From Octopus bimaculoides (lineage: Eukaryota), in contig NC_068990.1 of the NCBI RefSeq assembly GCF_001194135.2, forward strand, positions 27,945,696-28,009,695: a stretch of 64,000 nt of DNA, read 5' to 3'. This document shows positions 52,675 to 64,000 of this stretch, piece by piece. Under the pieces are notes generated by a model. The model did no database searches, was not told where the DNA came from, and saw only the letters and a program-made list of their open reading frames with translations. The translations under genes and the position numbers were made by a program. Each line of letters opens with the position of its first letter. The first letter of the stretch is position 1.

Positions 52675-52910
52675 ATGATGATGATGATGATGATGATGTT
52701 TTCATTTATTTTCCACAATACAAATAAACAGGCATAAATTGTTCGGTTTCACGTATAATGAAATGGTAAAATATATAAATAAAAAAAAATAAGAGAGTAA
52801 GTATAGACGGTGTGCCGGGAAAAGTAAGGGAAATATACAGATTATACAAAATGAAAAAAAAGAAAACAAGTGTGGGGGAGGTGATAAGACCCCACCCCAA
52901 AAAATAAATA
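52675..52910 (-). mobile_element. LINE-like distal 3'UTR with an AATAAA signal and (CAT)n tail
   Basis: The minus strand has a T-rich UTR ending GGAAAATAAATGAAAA-CATCATCATC... Confidence 0.45.
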
Positions 52911-53094
52911 AATAAATAAACTGCTCTACTGTGGACAGCCAGAAATTTCAGATTGGTACTTAGGTCTTAAATATCGTGGAATTTCAGCCCTTCGGACTCC
53001 AAAATTATTTCTCTTTCAAACTGACCGTAATTGGAATCAAATTCTTCGACAAACAGTGACAGGAAAGATTTTGTGTTGATTATATACAATGGAC

Positions 53095-53490
53095 GAATAC
53101 GAGAAGGTCAGAGTTTTGCCAGCGAGTGTAAGTCGATTACATCGAGACCTTCTTCAGCTGATACTCATTTTATCGATCCACAAAAGAATGAAAAGCAAAG
53201 TCGACCTCAGCAGAATTTGAACCCAGAACGTAAGACAGATTGAATGCCGCTAAACATTTCCCCGGGGGGGGGGCTAACGATTCTTTCTGCTGGAGGTACA
53301 AGGCCTCAAATATTGAGGGAGGGGATTGTCGTTTACATCGACCCCAGTTTCTCACTGGTACTTAATTTATCGACCTTTAAAGGAAGAGAAGCAAAGGTGA
53401 CCTCGGCGGAATTTGAACTCAAAACGTAGCGGCAGACGAAATGCGGCTTAGCATTTCGCCTGGCGAGCTAACGATTCTGCCAGCTCACCG
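53095..53490 (-). mobile_element. Two head-to-tail SINE family A copies
   Basis: The segment GACCTC.GC.GAATTTGAAC.CA.AACGTA..GCTAACGATTCT is repeated at about 53095-53284 and 53285-53490. Confidence 0.85.
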
Positions 53491-55064
53491 ATTTAGTTCC
53501 ATCCAGAATATTATAAATACTACAAATTAAATTGGCGGACGAGGTGTAGTTTGATCTGAGAGCGTAAAGTGATGTAACTAAATATTGTACATGCCACCGA
53601 ATACGAAACTAATATTTTCAGTTAATGTAGTTATAAGATACAATAACTATAAGCGTACAGTTATAAGATACTGTAATGGTTATGTCTTTCTCAAGAACAT
53701 ATGATTGATAATGAAGTGTGCTTGTATTTCTGAAAATCGAAACCAGTTCATGCTTTCTATTGGCCAAATGTTAGGCCACTTAGCATAAAATCAATATTAC
53801 CACTAAAATCTTAAGCGTGTTACTTTACACCAGAAGAATTTATTTCTTGTCAGCTAAAATCTCTGTGAATATTTCTGTCATTCTTTGGAAATTTTTAAAG
53901 TTCGAAACAGCATCGTAGTACCTAACATGAATAAAAAAAATTCCCTTATCGAAATTTAACAATCTGTTTGCATGTCACTTTTGCTGCGCTTAGATGTGGT
54001 TTAGCTACTGTCAGGTAGCTGTTTAGAAATCTGAATCTAACTGACAATATATAAGGCTTCGGAGTGGGAAAATGAGAAAATGAATGCTTACAGTTTTTAT
54101 ATGTAACAATAAATTTCTGTTTAAATACTCATACTACACAGCAAGGTTAATCCTCAGCTTTGCATTGTTGCTTTCAGTTGTAATAATGTGAGAGGTTTCA
54201 GAAACAGAAGATACAACAGCTGTCTCATCGACGGCCGCTCATTTTGGACTATAAAATCTCTTGCTTCTATATAACACCTTCAACTTCAGCCGCTACTCTC
54301 GTTGCTGTGTGATTTGGTCTTTTACAGATGATGGCAAATGTCAAATTTGTCAATAGCGATAAATAAGTATAAGCTGCGGTACATCTTGAGAAGTCAGCAC
54401 AGAGATCAACAAAACGAACTTAAATCCATATAACGGCGGCTTAAGAACGCTTGTAGTAAAGACTATAACTGTCGCTGACTTTTAGCACCTTTCTTTGCAG
54501 AACTATAAAACACTCAAGACTTTTGAAGAAAGTTTTCTAACCAACACAAAGATAAATACAAATACAAAACAAAGGCATTGAAATCTCTCTAAAATATTTG
54601 TTATTGTTGCTATTTAATAGAAAACATTCTTTCACTACAGTTTGTTAGATTCGAAACATACGGACTTTTATGCTTTCTAGCAAGTCAGCTGCTGTTAGGC
54701 GTTGCAGTGATGGGCACTGGACTTCAGGCTTTTCATTTATGCGTCAAAAGTTCATACTCTGGTTGTTGTTCAGCTTCGTTTTTACTGTAAAAATATTTAC
54801 TATTAAAGTACACCAAGCTGCAAAAAAAAAAAGACTGTATAAGCAATGTTGTGGGCGCTAACAGTTAGATAAACTAATTGTTCCGTTAGCCCGGACGAAA
54901 ACGTGAAAATGCTCCTTTGAATAATAACTGTAAAAGTTTTATTCTCGATCTTTGTAAAGTAATGAATGATTGGAAACAAAAAGGTTATTCCGAGTAATGA
55001 TAGAAAAAAAGTGTGATTTATTAATTCAAAAAACGCACAACAAATTAATCTTTAGTGCTTATTT

Positions 55065-55270
55065 GTTGTGAAGTCGCATGACCTCGTTGTTCGAAGGGAT
55101 GCACTAACGATTCTCGAACTGGGAGCTATATTCTGGAGAAAGGTATTTCATGTCACTCCAGTTCACTTAACTGTAAATCCTTAATTATGGGATGGACTGG
55201 CATCTCCTCCAGGGGGTTGTTGTGATTTCTGCCACACATACGCCTTAGAAACCGGGCCACTGACCCTTTG
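55065..55270 (+). mobile_element. SINE family C, degenerate (CORE-like plus V-like)
   Basis: TATTTCATGTCACTCCAGTTCACT..GGGATGGACTGGCATCTCCTCCAGGGGG. Confidence 0.6.
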
Positions 55271-55430
55271 AAACCTAGGATTTGAGACAGTATTTACCAA
55301 TCAGTTTCATGAATGTCTTCTGTTTCTCATGGTACGTAATGCTATACCGCTTTTTTAAATCATCAATAGTGATTAGATAGGAATCATCCAGGCGTTCTTA
55401 GGAAAAACTCTGCGAAATATATTGATACTT

Positions 55431-55617
55431 ATAAAGGGTTGCTGAAAGTCCCTGGCTTTAAAACTATGGTGAGAGACAAGGCTAGAGGCCCAACTTTCCG
55501 AGTTCTTTTACAGGGCTTACAAAAATTGAAGGACCGCTGCAGTGAGGGTGTGAATTTAAGGGGATTATATTGAATTTCTTTTATCCAAAGCCAGGATCTT
55601 TTAAGCATCCCCTCGTA
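55431..55617 (+). mobile_element. Mariner-derived MITE
   Basis: The ends TATAAAGGGTTGCTGAAAGTCCCTGGCTTT and AAAGCCAGGATCTTTTAAGCATCCCCTCGTA are inverted repeats. The interior encodes the mariner C-terminal remnant GLQKLKDRCSEGVNLRG. Confidence 0.8.
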
Positions 55618-56795
55618 TTAAGAATAGATTATATTCCCTATTATTTTTTAAAGTTGTAACCTGTTTTCAACGATGGTCGGTGATTTTTAAATCAGAGTTC
55701 AAATACTTCAACTTGACATCCTACGAATTCTAAATTAGCACTTCTTTTCCTCATGTAGTTTTGAAATCGAGTAAATATTTACATATATCTGTATTCAAAT
55801 CTGTAGAATAAATACTGACAGAGGATAAAAATATCGTTGATTTTGGATGTAAAGATTTCTTTCAAAAATTGGTTGTAATTATTTTATAAGTAAGAGGAAA
55901 TAGCAATAAATCGGATTTCGAACTGGATCGCAAATTTATTATTCAACAGCTTTCGTGTATATTTTATAAGTCTGTTTTCTCAAAAGTCTTCATGTTCAGA
56001 TGATAGACTTGTGTGATCACAATCAAATATGGTTTCCGTAAAACTGCTCCGTCGCGCTTTCGGTTTATAACTTTTTTATGTTCGTTTTTAGTGTTTACAA
56101 ATATTTCATGTTAGGTCCACATCATAAACCGAAGATCTTATAATTGTCTCATTTCTCATTGTTCAATAACTTAGGGTTATAGCGATTGGTTGGAGGAGAT
56201 AAATAGTACTGCTTGGAACTATTTAAAACACGTGTAATATTCCAAACATTGGAGTAGCGAATGTCGAGTTTCACAATAGATTCCAGCCATTGCAAGTTCG
56301 CATGACTTAGAACTAATTACTCTGTCGAATTCTGGACCACATAGGGCCGCATACTCAGTTTCCGTAGTCACAACATCTTCCGCGAACGAGTCTCTAGTCC
56401 CTCCATTTACACATGAGTGGAATGGAGCAACGTAAAACGAAGCGCTTTGCTCAATAACACAACACACTGCCTAATTCGGAAAGAGGATATACATGAAAAA
56501 CAACTGAAACACGACGAAAACTGCTTCTCTAAAATACACTTCATAAAATTTCTGCTTCATGAAGGTTGGCCTGGGGGTGGGAAACAAATACAACATCCTT
56601 GTATTTCGAGTGATTTAAGAATTTTATTCAATTCGTAATGCATTAAGCACAAGGCAGACATCTTGTTCGTAAACAACATTATGCTACAAACTTTTAGGTG
56701 GGTCCACACACTACGAATTCGCATTTCAGAGAAAGTGGTATTCCACTTCACAATTGATAACAGACGGTTTTTTAAAAACATTTCATAAACATTAT

Positions 56796-57215
56796 AGGCG
56801 CACGTACCTCTGTGTTGTAAGAATTTTGGTTCCCAACCACGTGGTTCTGGGTTCATTCCCATTGTGTAGCACTTTGGGCAAGTGTCTTCTTCAATAGCCT
56901 CGATCCGACCAAAGCTTTGTGAGTGGATTTGGTACACAGAAACTGAAAGAAGCCCGTCCTATGTGTGTGTGTGTGTGTGTGTATGTGTGTGTGTATGTGG
57001 TTTTATGTCTATATTTGTCCGCTGCCACCGCTTGACAACCGGTGCTGCTGTGTTTACATCCCCGTAGCTTGACGGTTCAGTAAAAGAGGCCAATAGAATC
57101 AGTACCAGGCATGAAATAAACAATTATAATAAATGTTGGAGTCGTTTCAATCGACTAATGTTTCTGCAAGGCAATGCCGCAGCGTGGCCGCGGCCAGATG
57201 ACTGAAACTAATAAA
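56796..57215 (+). mobile_element. SINE family B, full-length
   Basis: It is collinear with 23045-23459. Confidence 0.9.
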
Positions 57216-57299
57216 ATATAAGATTAAGAATATTAGTTTCTATGTCGTTTCTAGGTCGTCGAAGTCACTATTGACATCGTCACTAAAATTTACTAAAAT

Positions 57300-57337
57300 C
57301 ACCACCACCACCGCAACCAGCAGCACTAACACCATCG

Positions 57338-57377
<40 letters not shown>

Positions 57378-57450
57378 AATCATTATCATCATCATCATCA
57401 TCATCAAGATCATCATCATCATCATCGTCATCATCATCCTACTCATCAAC
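57300..57450. repeat. (CAC)n/(CAT)n microsatellite
   Basis: Directly visible. Confidence 0.95.
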
Positions 57451-57961
57451 ATCTTGGTTACCGTCCTCATAATAATCTTCACACAAACTTTTCCTGACTT
57501 CTTCACAATTTCTCAATATTTTCTTCATCTGTATTTTGCAAAAAGAGATTCCATGATTCTATGTTTTTTTTTTTTTGTTTCTTTTTTCTCTTTGGATTAC
57601 AATGTTCTTCGTTTTAATTTTTTTTCCCTTTGGTTTTTGTTTCGTAAATTCATTTATTTTCATTTATTTCATTATGCATTTAATCACTGAAGTGACATAT
57701 CCTGTTTTCCAAGAATTCATTAATTCTAGCAAATTATAACTCTCCGAATTTCAAGACAAAATATTAGTTCTACTCAATTCTGAAATGGCACAAAAAAGTA
57801 TTTTTCCGCTCGCACATTTTGAAATCATTATTTTCTTCTTGAAAAACTTTAGCGCTCTTAAAGTGCTAACTGCAATTGCATTACAACCTAGCATTGAATT
57901 AACTTTCTAAATCTTTGCTAAATTCCAATTTTTCTGATTGAAACAAAAATAAATTGTTAGA

Positions 57962-58335
57962 CGCAGGCGTGACTTTAGGTGCCCGTGTAGATATGTGGCA
58001 AGAAGTTTGCTTCCCACACCCATGGTTCCGGGTTCAGTCCCACTACGTTGCAACTTAAGTAAGTGATTTCTACTCCAGCCTCAGACCGACTAGATAGATA
58101 CATAGATAGATAGATAGATGTGTGTGAGTGTATCAGCGCTCGTGTGTGTGTTTTTGTGTGTTGTGTTTTGTCCACGTAACTTAGCGGTTCGGTGGAAAAT
58201 CCCAATAAGAAGAATAAGTACCAGGCTTTAAAACAATAAGTACTGGGACCAATTCATTCGACCAAGAATTCTTCAAGTCGGTGCTTCAACATGGGCGCAA
58301 GTTAATGACTGAAACAAGTAAAAGATAAAAGATGA
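57962..58335 (+). mobile_element. SINE family B copy with an internal deletion
   Basis: Its head and tail match the other family B copies. Confidence 0.85.
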
Positions 58336-58946
58336 AGGCTCTCTCTTCCCTCAAGTATAGTGACAAGTGATTCGGTGTTGTCACTTCAAAGAGACTATTA
58401 AAGTAGCTGATGGCGATGTACTGGGCACAGTTTCATTTTGTAGCAAACTAATAAATAGACTAAATTTGTATTCCACTCAGTGAAAGCAAAAGCTTCTCCT
58501 AACATCTGACTTCGTCTTCTCTACACATACACGGATTACACGGATTTTGATGCGACAAGGAGCTATGTCAAGCTGTCATTAAAAAGATAACAACTACCAA
58601 TATGTTGAGCGCCACTTTGTTCCGTTGGTATCATACCTAAATACTGAGTGGACTGTATATAAAACAATAGACAGAAGAATACGGACAGGAGAATAGAGCA
58701 ATTATAGCAATTATACAGCATACCTATTCCTTTATAGATATACATAAGGGTTAAAACATAAACATATCATGAATTGTAATGCTAATAAAACCATGGAGTG
58801 GTTTATATATATATATTTTTTTCTGGTTTCGAATATCTGGCGTTCTTGTTATCTTTCATTCTTTTATTGTTTGTTTGTTCCTGTCTGGGTTATGAAAGGT
58901 TTTTGTATATATTGTTGTTGGTCGTAATTATTCATACCGGTATGTA

Positions 58947-59036
58947 ATTCTTGACGAAGAATCTAATTTTTATTTCATGAAGAGTTTTTCGTTTTTGTCT
59001 TTGGAATTAATTAGATTCCGAAACGATTTGTAGAAT
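58947..59036 (+). ncRNA. Minimal type-I hammerhead-ribozyme-like motif (C3-to-U variant, probably inactive)
   Basis: The sequence is ATTC [TTGACGA] A GAATCTAATT..AATTAGATTC C [GAAA] C GATTT G [TA] GAAT. It gives a 4-bp stem I, a perfect 10-bp stem II, a 2-bp stem III and a GUA cleavage triplet. Confidence 0.55.
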
Positions 59037-59385
59037 ATATATTTGTTCTGTACCAACTTGGATTGTGAATTAAAGATCGTCTACACTTACAATGTTTTCT
59101 TTCCTTATACTTCAATTATTGATTTTGCAAATACTGAATATATATATTCTTTACTTGGACTGTATCGGCGGACTTGGATATTTGACATCCCGTTGAAGGA
59201 TTCCGGTCCACACCACATTTATAAATATACATATATATATATTAGAGTAGAAAAGGACAACTAAACCAAAGCAGAACGAGTATCGCAAGTCATTTAGAAT
59301 ATTTAATTAGAGTAAGGTGGATTTGAAATAATTACTTTAATAGTTAATTAATTAACCAATCAATTAATTAATTAATTAATGGACG

Positions 59386-59459
59386 TCTTACAAATGTTTC
59401 AGGGATATCTCAAGTGATAGGGTAGCATCTCCACACACTGGGTATTCAGTCATCAGAGA
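59386..59459 (-). ncRNA. Minimal type-I hammerhead-ribozyme-like motif (intact core, degenerate stem II)
   Basis: The minus strand reads TCT [CTGATGA] 49 nt [GAAA] CATTTG [TA] AGA. The catalytic boxes are perfect, stem I has 3 bp, stem III is the near-palindromic ACATTTGT, the triplet is GUA, and stem II pairs only imperfectly. Confidence 0.5.
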
Positions 59460-59577
59460 AAAGGTGAGTATGTACGACAGTTCTAGACAGAGAATTCACA
59501 GTGTATAAAGGAATAAAATAGTAGAAAGCAGAATAAAGAGTAAAACAGTAGATAGAAGAATACAGAAAGAAGAAAGC

Positions 59578-59617
<40 letters not shown>

Positions 59618-60519
59618 GTGTGTATATATGTATCTGTGTATGTTGGTGGTGTGTATGTATGTATGTATGTATGTATGTATGCTAACTATCTTGCAGCATA
59701 TAACACAAATTCCTAATGGCTTGCTAGCGGTTATTAAGGGCAATGGAGTCAAATGTGAACCATTTATTAATAATATATGAAGTATGACAGAATGTCTTAT
59801 CACCAAACATTTCCAGTGTCGTATTTCTTGCCAGGTCGCAAAGAGATTTCTAAAGCAATTCTCTGTCAACAAACTGTAGCTTCAAAGACGTTAGCAAATC
59901 ATAAAATATTCCTGTATTGCAATCGAACGCCAGAAGTAAAACATCTGAATATCTGTAACAGCTGCTTGTCTCCACCACTCACACAAATCATTTGTTAAGT
60001 ATCTACCAGAAGAATTACTTGATCTAAAAAAACGTGCTGTACTTTATTTAAGCTTTTTTAGTGACTTGTTACGCTGTAGTTTCCACGGAGTGCTGTCATG
60101 CTTTCAAAAACCACTGCAGAACATATGGATGGTCATCTGAAATCCATTTTTCAAGATGTCTTTTGATAATTCTTGAGGAAGTGGTTATATTAAAAATTAA
60201 GCTTGATATCACTGCAACTGATATTCAACATCAGAATGATATTTTTCTCCATGTTTAGCACATATATGACTGAAGTTATTTCCTCTTCAATTACCGTTTT
60301 ACTTGTTCGATTATGCTACATCGACAATATCCATTATATCATACTATAGTTTTATTCAGAATGGTGTGAGTTAAGAGAGATTTGACAGCTCTTTCAATTA
60401 GATCAAATGACGTAGAAACTATCTACTCAGGTCGGTAAGGTGTTTGCCTATATCTGTCTAAGTCATTAACTAATATTTCAAGGCCCTCTTTTTGTTTATC
60501 GCTTACCGTTACCTTGTTT

Positions 60520-60784
60520 CAATCATTAGATTGCGGCCAAGTTGGGGCACCATTTTGAAGAAATTTGATCGAACGAATCGACTCCTGTACTTACTTTTCG
60601 TTTAAAGCCCGGTACTTATTTTATAGCAGTTTCTCTTGCCGAACCGCTACCTTACGGGAACGTAAACACACCAAAACCGATATCAAGTGCTGTGGCAGAC
60701 AAATATAGACATAAATACACGCACACACACACACGCACACACATATATATATATATATATATACATACATAACATAATAAATAC

Positions 60785-60823
<39 letters not shown>

Positions 60824-60992
60824 NNNNNNNNNNNNNNNNNNNNNNNNNNNNNNNNNNNNNNNNNNNNNNNNNNNNNNNNTATATATACGTCTGGCTTCTT
60901 TCAGTTTCCCTCCTTCAAATCCACTCACAAGACATATAGTAGAAAACACTTGCCCAAGGTGCCACGCAGTAAGACTGAACTCAGAACCATGT
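60520..60992 (-). mobile_element. SINE family B, full-length (contains a small gap)
   Basis: Both the antisense head (CACTTGCCCAAGGTGCCACGCAG..GACTGAAC) and the antisense tail (TTGTTTCAATCATT.GATTGCGGCC) are present. Confidence 0.85.
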
Positions 60993-62577
60993 GGTTTATG
61001 TTAATATTGTCCATGGTACGAATGAAGCAATAATGATGGCAGGAATGATGATGAAAATAATAGAGATCATGACCTTCCTTATAATGGTTTATAAGAATCT
61101 TTTCATAATATTCTTGAAGGTCAGAGTCAATTATTCTTTAGATTTCTCGAAAATATTTATTAAATTCCTTATTGATATTTTGTATTTGTCTAATATTTAT
61201 GTCTTGTAGAATTTTCTACATAAGACTTTTGGTAACAGAAATTGAGAGATGAGAATTCTGCATATTTAAGAGAAGAATCAGTTGAATATGCTTTAGGGAA
61301 ATATAAAAAGAGATAGAAGATGAGAGAGAATACTTTTTCGACATCATTATTCATAAATGAATGACACACTCTTATGCAAGTGGCAATTTATATGATAAAT
61401 CACGTTCTGAAAAGAAACCTTGCGAAGGAGAAACAATTACAGTTTAAAAGAGAAACTATATTATCAACAGGTGCTAACTATTGAAATGGAATATCTGACA
61501 AGTTAGATACTCCCCAGTTGCCAGTGCATAAAATATTCTTGCTATTATCTTAATAATAAGTGGTCAAATAATATTTGTTTTTTTAACAATAGATGCACGC
61601 TAATTATAAGGTAAAGAAATTATCATTTGCATAATGAATAGCAAGGAACGAAAATAATGTAGTAAGATAAAATATTTTATGATATTTACATGTACAAAAT
61701 GACCAACTTTAAATCACGCTACTTCTTTGCACTTTGCTATTATTTAATGAGTGAGGGTGCAGTGCCCATGACTTTTGAAAGGGATTTAAATCTAATAGAA
61801 CGGTTGTCTACAATACGACACTGAGAAAGGAAAAAGAACAATGAGGAAGCGAATAAAAGTAGAGGATACAATTTCATAAATGAAAAAGTGAGGTAGACCT
61901 TAAAGAGATACGAAATGTGGATAGAGGTGGTGAGTTGACTGGATATAAAACTATATCTTTTTATTGAAGTTTGACAAAGCATGAAATGAAAATAGCGCAT
62001 CGTGATTTTGCTGAGCAGTGAAAATGTGTCCTTTTGGAGATTGTGTGTGACATTTGTTTGTTTAGAAAAGAAATGCTCTGTCATATACCTTAACTGTAAC
62101 TCAATGTGACTCTTATGTTAAAACCTATGTGGCTCTTAATGCCACTAGAGTGTAGTTAATACTGATTCTGCAATCCCATTACGGAAGGTAATTGCTGTAT
62201 TGAAATATTCGTTCGTGAACAATAATATTAACCACCACCCTTGACTTAAGTTTGATAGAAAATTAATCTCTATGAATTAAATAATAAATCTCATTAGTAT
62301 CTACTCGATTCCTCTTTATGCCGCCCCCACACGTAGGCAACGTTCAAGATATTTTCATTTTACTTGAAGCAGTTGTGAATACAGGATCTACTTGATTCTT
62401 AAGTGATACAATACTTCCTTATTTCCAGATTTTATCAGTCATGCCATATGACATTCGTACTGAATACTTTCCCATATGGCAGACATAGATTTAAAAAAAA
62501 ATTTTTCCAAGAAAGTCTTTGATTATATTGCTGTTCAATATTGATATAGGCCATTGAATGTATGTAAACAGGAATTT

Positions 62578-62788
62578 TTTTTCTACTCTAGGCACAAGGG
62601 CCAAACTTTTGGGGATGGGGACAGCCGATTAGATCGACCCCAGCAAGCAACTGGTACTTAATTTATCAACTCCGAAAGGATGAAAGGTAAAATCGACCTC
62701 GGCGGAATTTGAACTCAGAATGTAAAGACACGAAATACCGCTAAGCATTTCGCCCGGTGTGCTAACGTTTCTGCTAGCTCACCGCTTT
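62578..62788 (-). mobile_element. SINE family A, well-preserved full copy
   Basis: It is collinear with 12266-12497 and 40570-40790. Confidence 0.92.
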
Positions 62789-63579
62789 ATGTCACCAGAA
62801 ATATTGTTGTTGAATCTACTTGAGTCTCACTGCTTGAGTCTGATTCACTTTTATCCAGTGTTCTACGCTGAGTGATAAACTTCTTTGTCTTCGAGTCCTT
62901 TTTTCTTATCATTTAGACACGTGTGGAACTCGTGTGAATTTTAAGATAGCCAGAAATGATTTTGTTAACTGACAGATCCAATTCAGTGTTTCTGGTCTGT
63001 ACCATTCCATTGGATATCTTATTTTTTGAAGAAGCAGCATTTTCATGCATGTTCAGCTGAATCTTGCTGATTCTGTTAGACATGTCAAAATCAGTTGTAA
63101 TCCTTTCCAACGCAAACAATCGAGGAGACCTCCACTTCCTGTCAATTTTCAAATATTCTTAGACTTGCCATTGCACAAATGCCATGCTCAGCTCTTGTTT
63201 TTATCACAACTTGTGCATCAAAACATGATATATTGTGTATCTATCGTAAGCAGGTTTAGAAGTTACTTTACCGTACCGATTCTAACTAGTCTCATCTCTT
63301 GAGAGCAATATTTTGTGCGTCGGTTTGATAACGGCTGCAGGGAATTCCTATTAAAACTTCCCAATGAATGTTGTCTTGTGGCCTGGATTATTCGTGAGTT
63401 TCATTTAAGTGCGCTTGTCCTTAACAAATCATTAAGGTAGAGAAGAGTGGTATATTCTCACAAAATAGGAGAATTTAACCCCTTAAAGTCTTACACTAGT
63501 GATACAACTGCTTTACAAACAGACAGGCTGGTCATTTAAACTCACTTTCCACTCAAACGTAAGTTTTTTTGTGTATGTT

Positions 63580-63850
63580 CATACATACATACATACATAC
63601 ATACATAGATACATACATGCATACATGCATATATGCATACATACATACATACATACATGCATACATACATGCATACATACATACATAGAATACATGCATA
63701 AAACATACAAATCTGCACATACTTACATATGTACAAACAAAAAATACCCTGTTGTTGATATTGAAATTCCAATGAAGAAGCCATGGATCTAGGTTAGAAA
63801 CCGGTTCTTTATCTATTGGCATGAAATTTTGAAATAGACTGAATAATGAC
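63580..63850 (+). mobile_element. 3'UTR-only copy of the second RLE LINE family with an (ATAC)n tract
   Basis: The segment 63744-63850 (GAAATTCCAATGAA..GATCTAGGTTAGAAA..CTGAATAATGAC) matches the reverse complement of 1546-1655. (ATAC)n lies on both sides. Confidence 0.75.
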
Positions 63851-64000
63851 ATACATACACACACATACATATAAGAGATAACTTAAAGATTGTGCCTCCT
63901 AGATCGCTTGCAAAATCATTCTTGTAATGTTTTAACTTCTTTAATAAACTATATTTTTAAATATTAATATATGTGAAAATGGCTTACAAACATTTTGGTT

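Noticed and set aside
55700-56150. Possible MULE transposase remnant, and a Pif1/Helitron-like GGD..Q string near 59950-60000
   Set aside because: Only 4-6 loosely matching residues in each case, with no collinear supporting motifs.

Overview
AT-rich, microsatellite-dense eukaryotic DNA with 11 N-gaps. The SINE families, LINE types and simple repeats look like an octopus (coleoid cephalopod) short-read assembly; this is inferred from repeat content and not verified. I found no recognisable host protein-coding gene, intact tRNA/rRNA or CRISPR array. Most ORFs in the supplied track are artefacts of microsatellites, N-runs or antisense TE frames, so the window reads as intronic or intergenic. 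It holds decayed mobile elements: two RLE-type non-LTR families tied to (TAA)n and (ATAC)n/(TA)n repeats, a near full-length DD41D Tc1/mariner, other mariner/Tc1/pogo fragments and MITEs, RTE, Tx1/L1-like and Penelope-like fragments, a probable non-autonomous Helitron, and three tRNA-derived SINE families that I label A, B and C. The most interesting signal is at 58.8-59.6 kb: two convergent, (TA)n-bounded units of about 350-420 bp, each carrying a minimal type-I hammerhead-ribozyme-like motif (Penelope pLTR or retrozyme-like). Also notable is a rearranged Tx1-like LINE mosaic at 50.5-52.9 kb. Family assignments come from motif recognition by eye, and the boundaries of degenerate elements are approximate.
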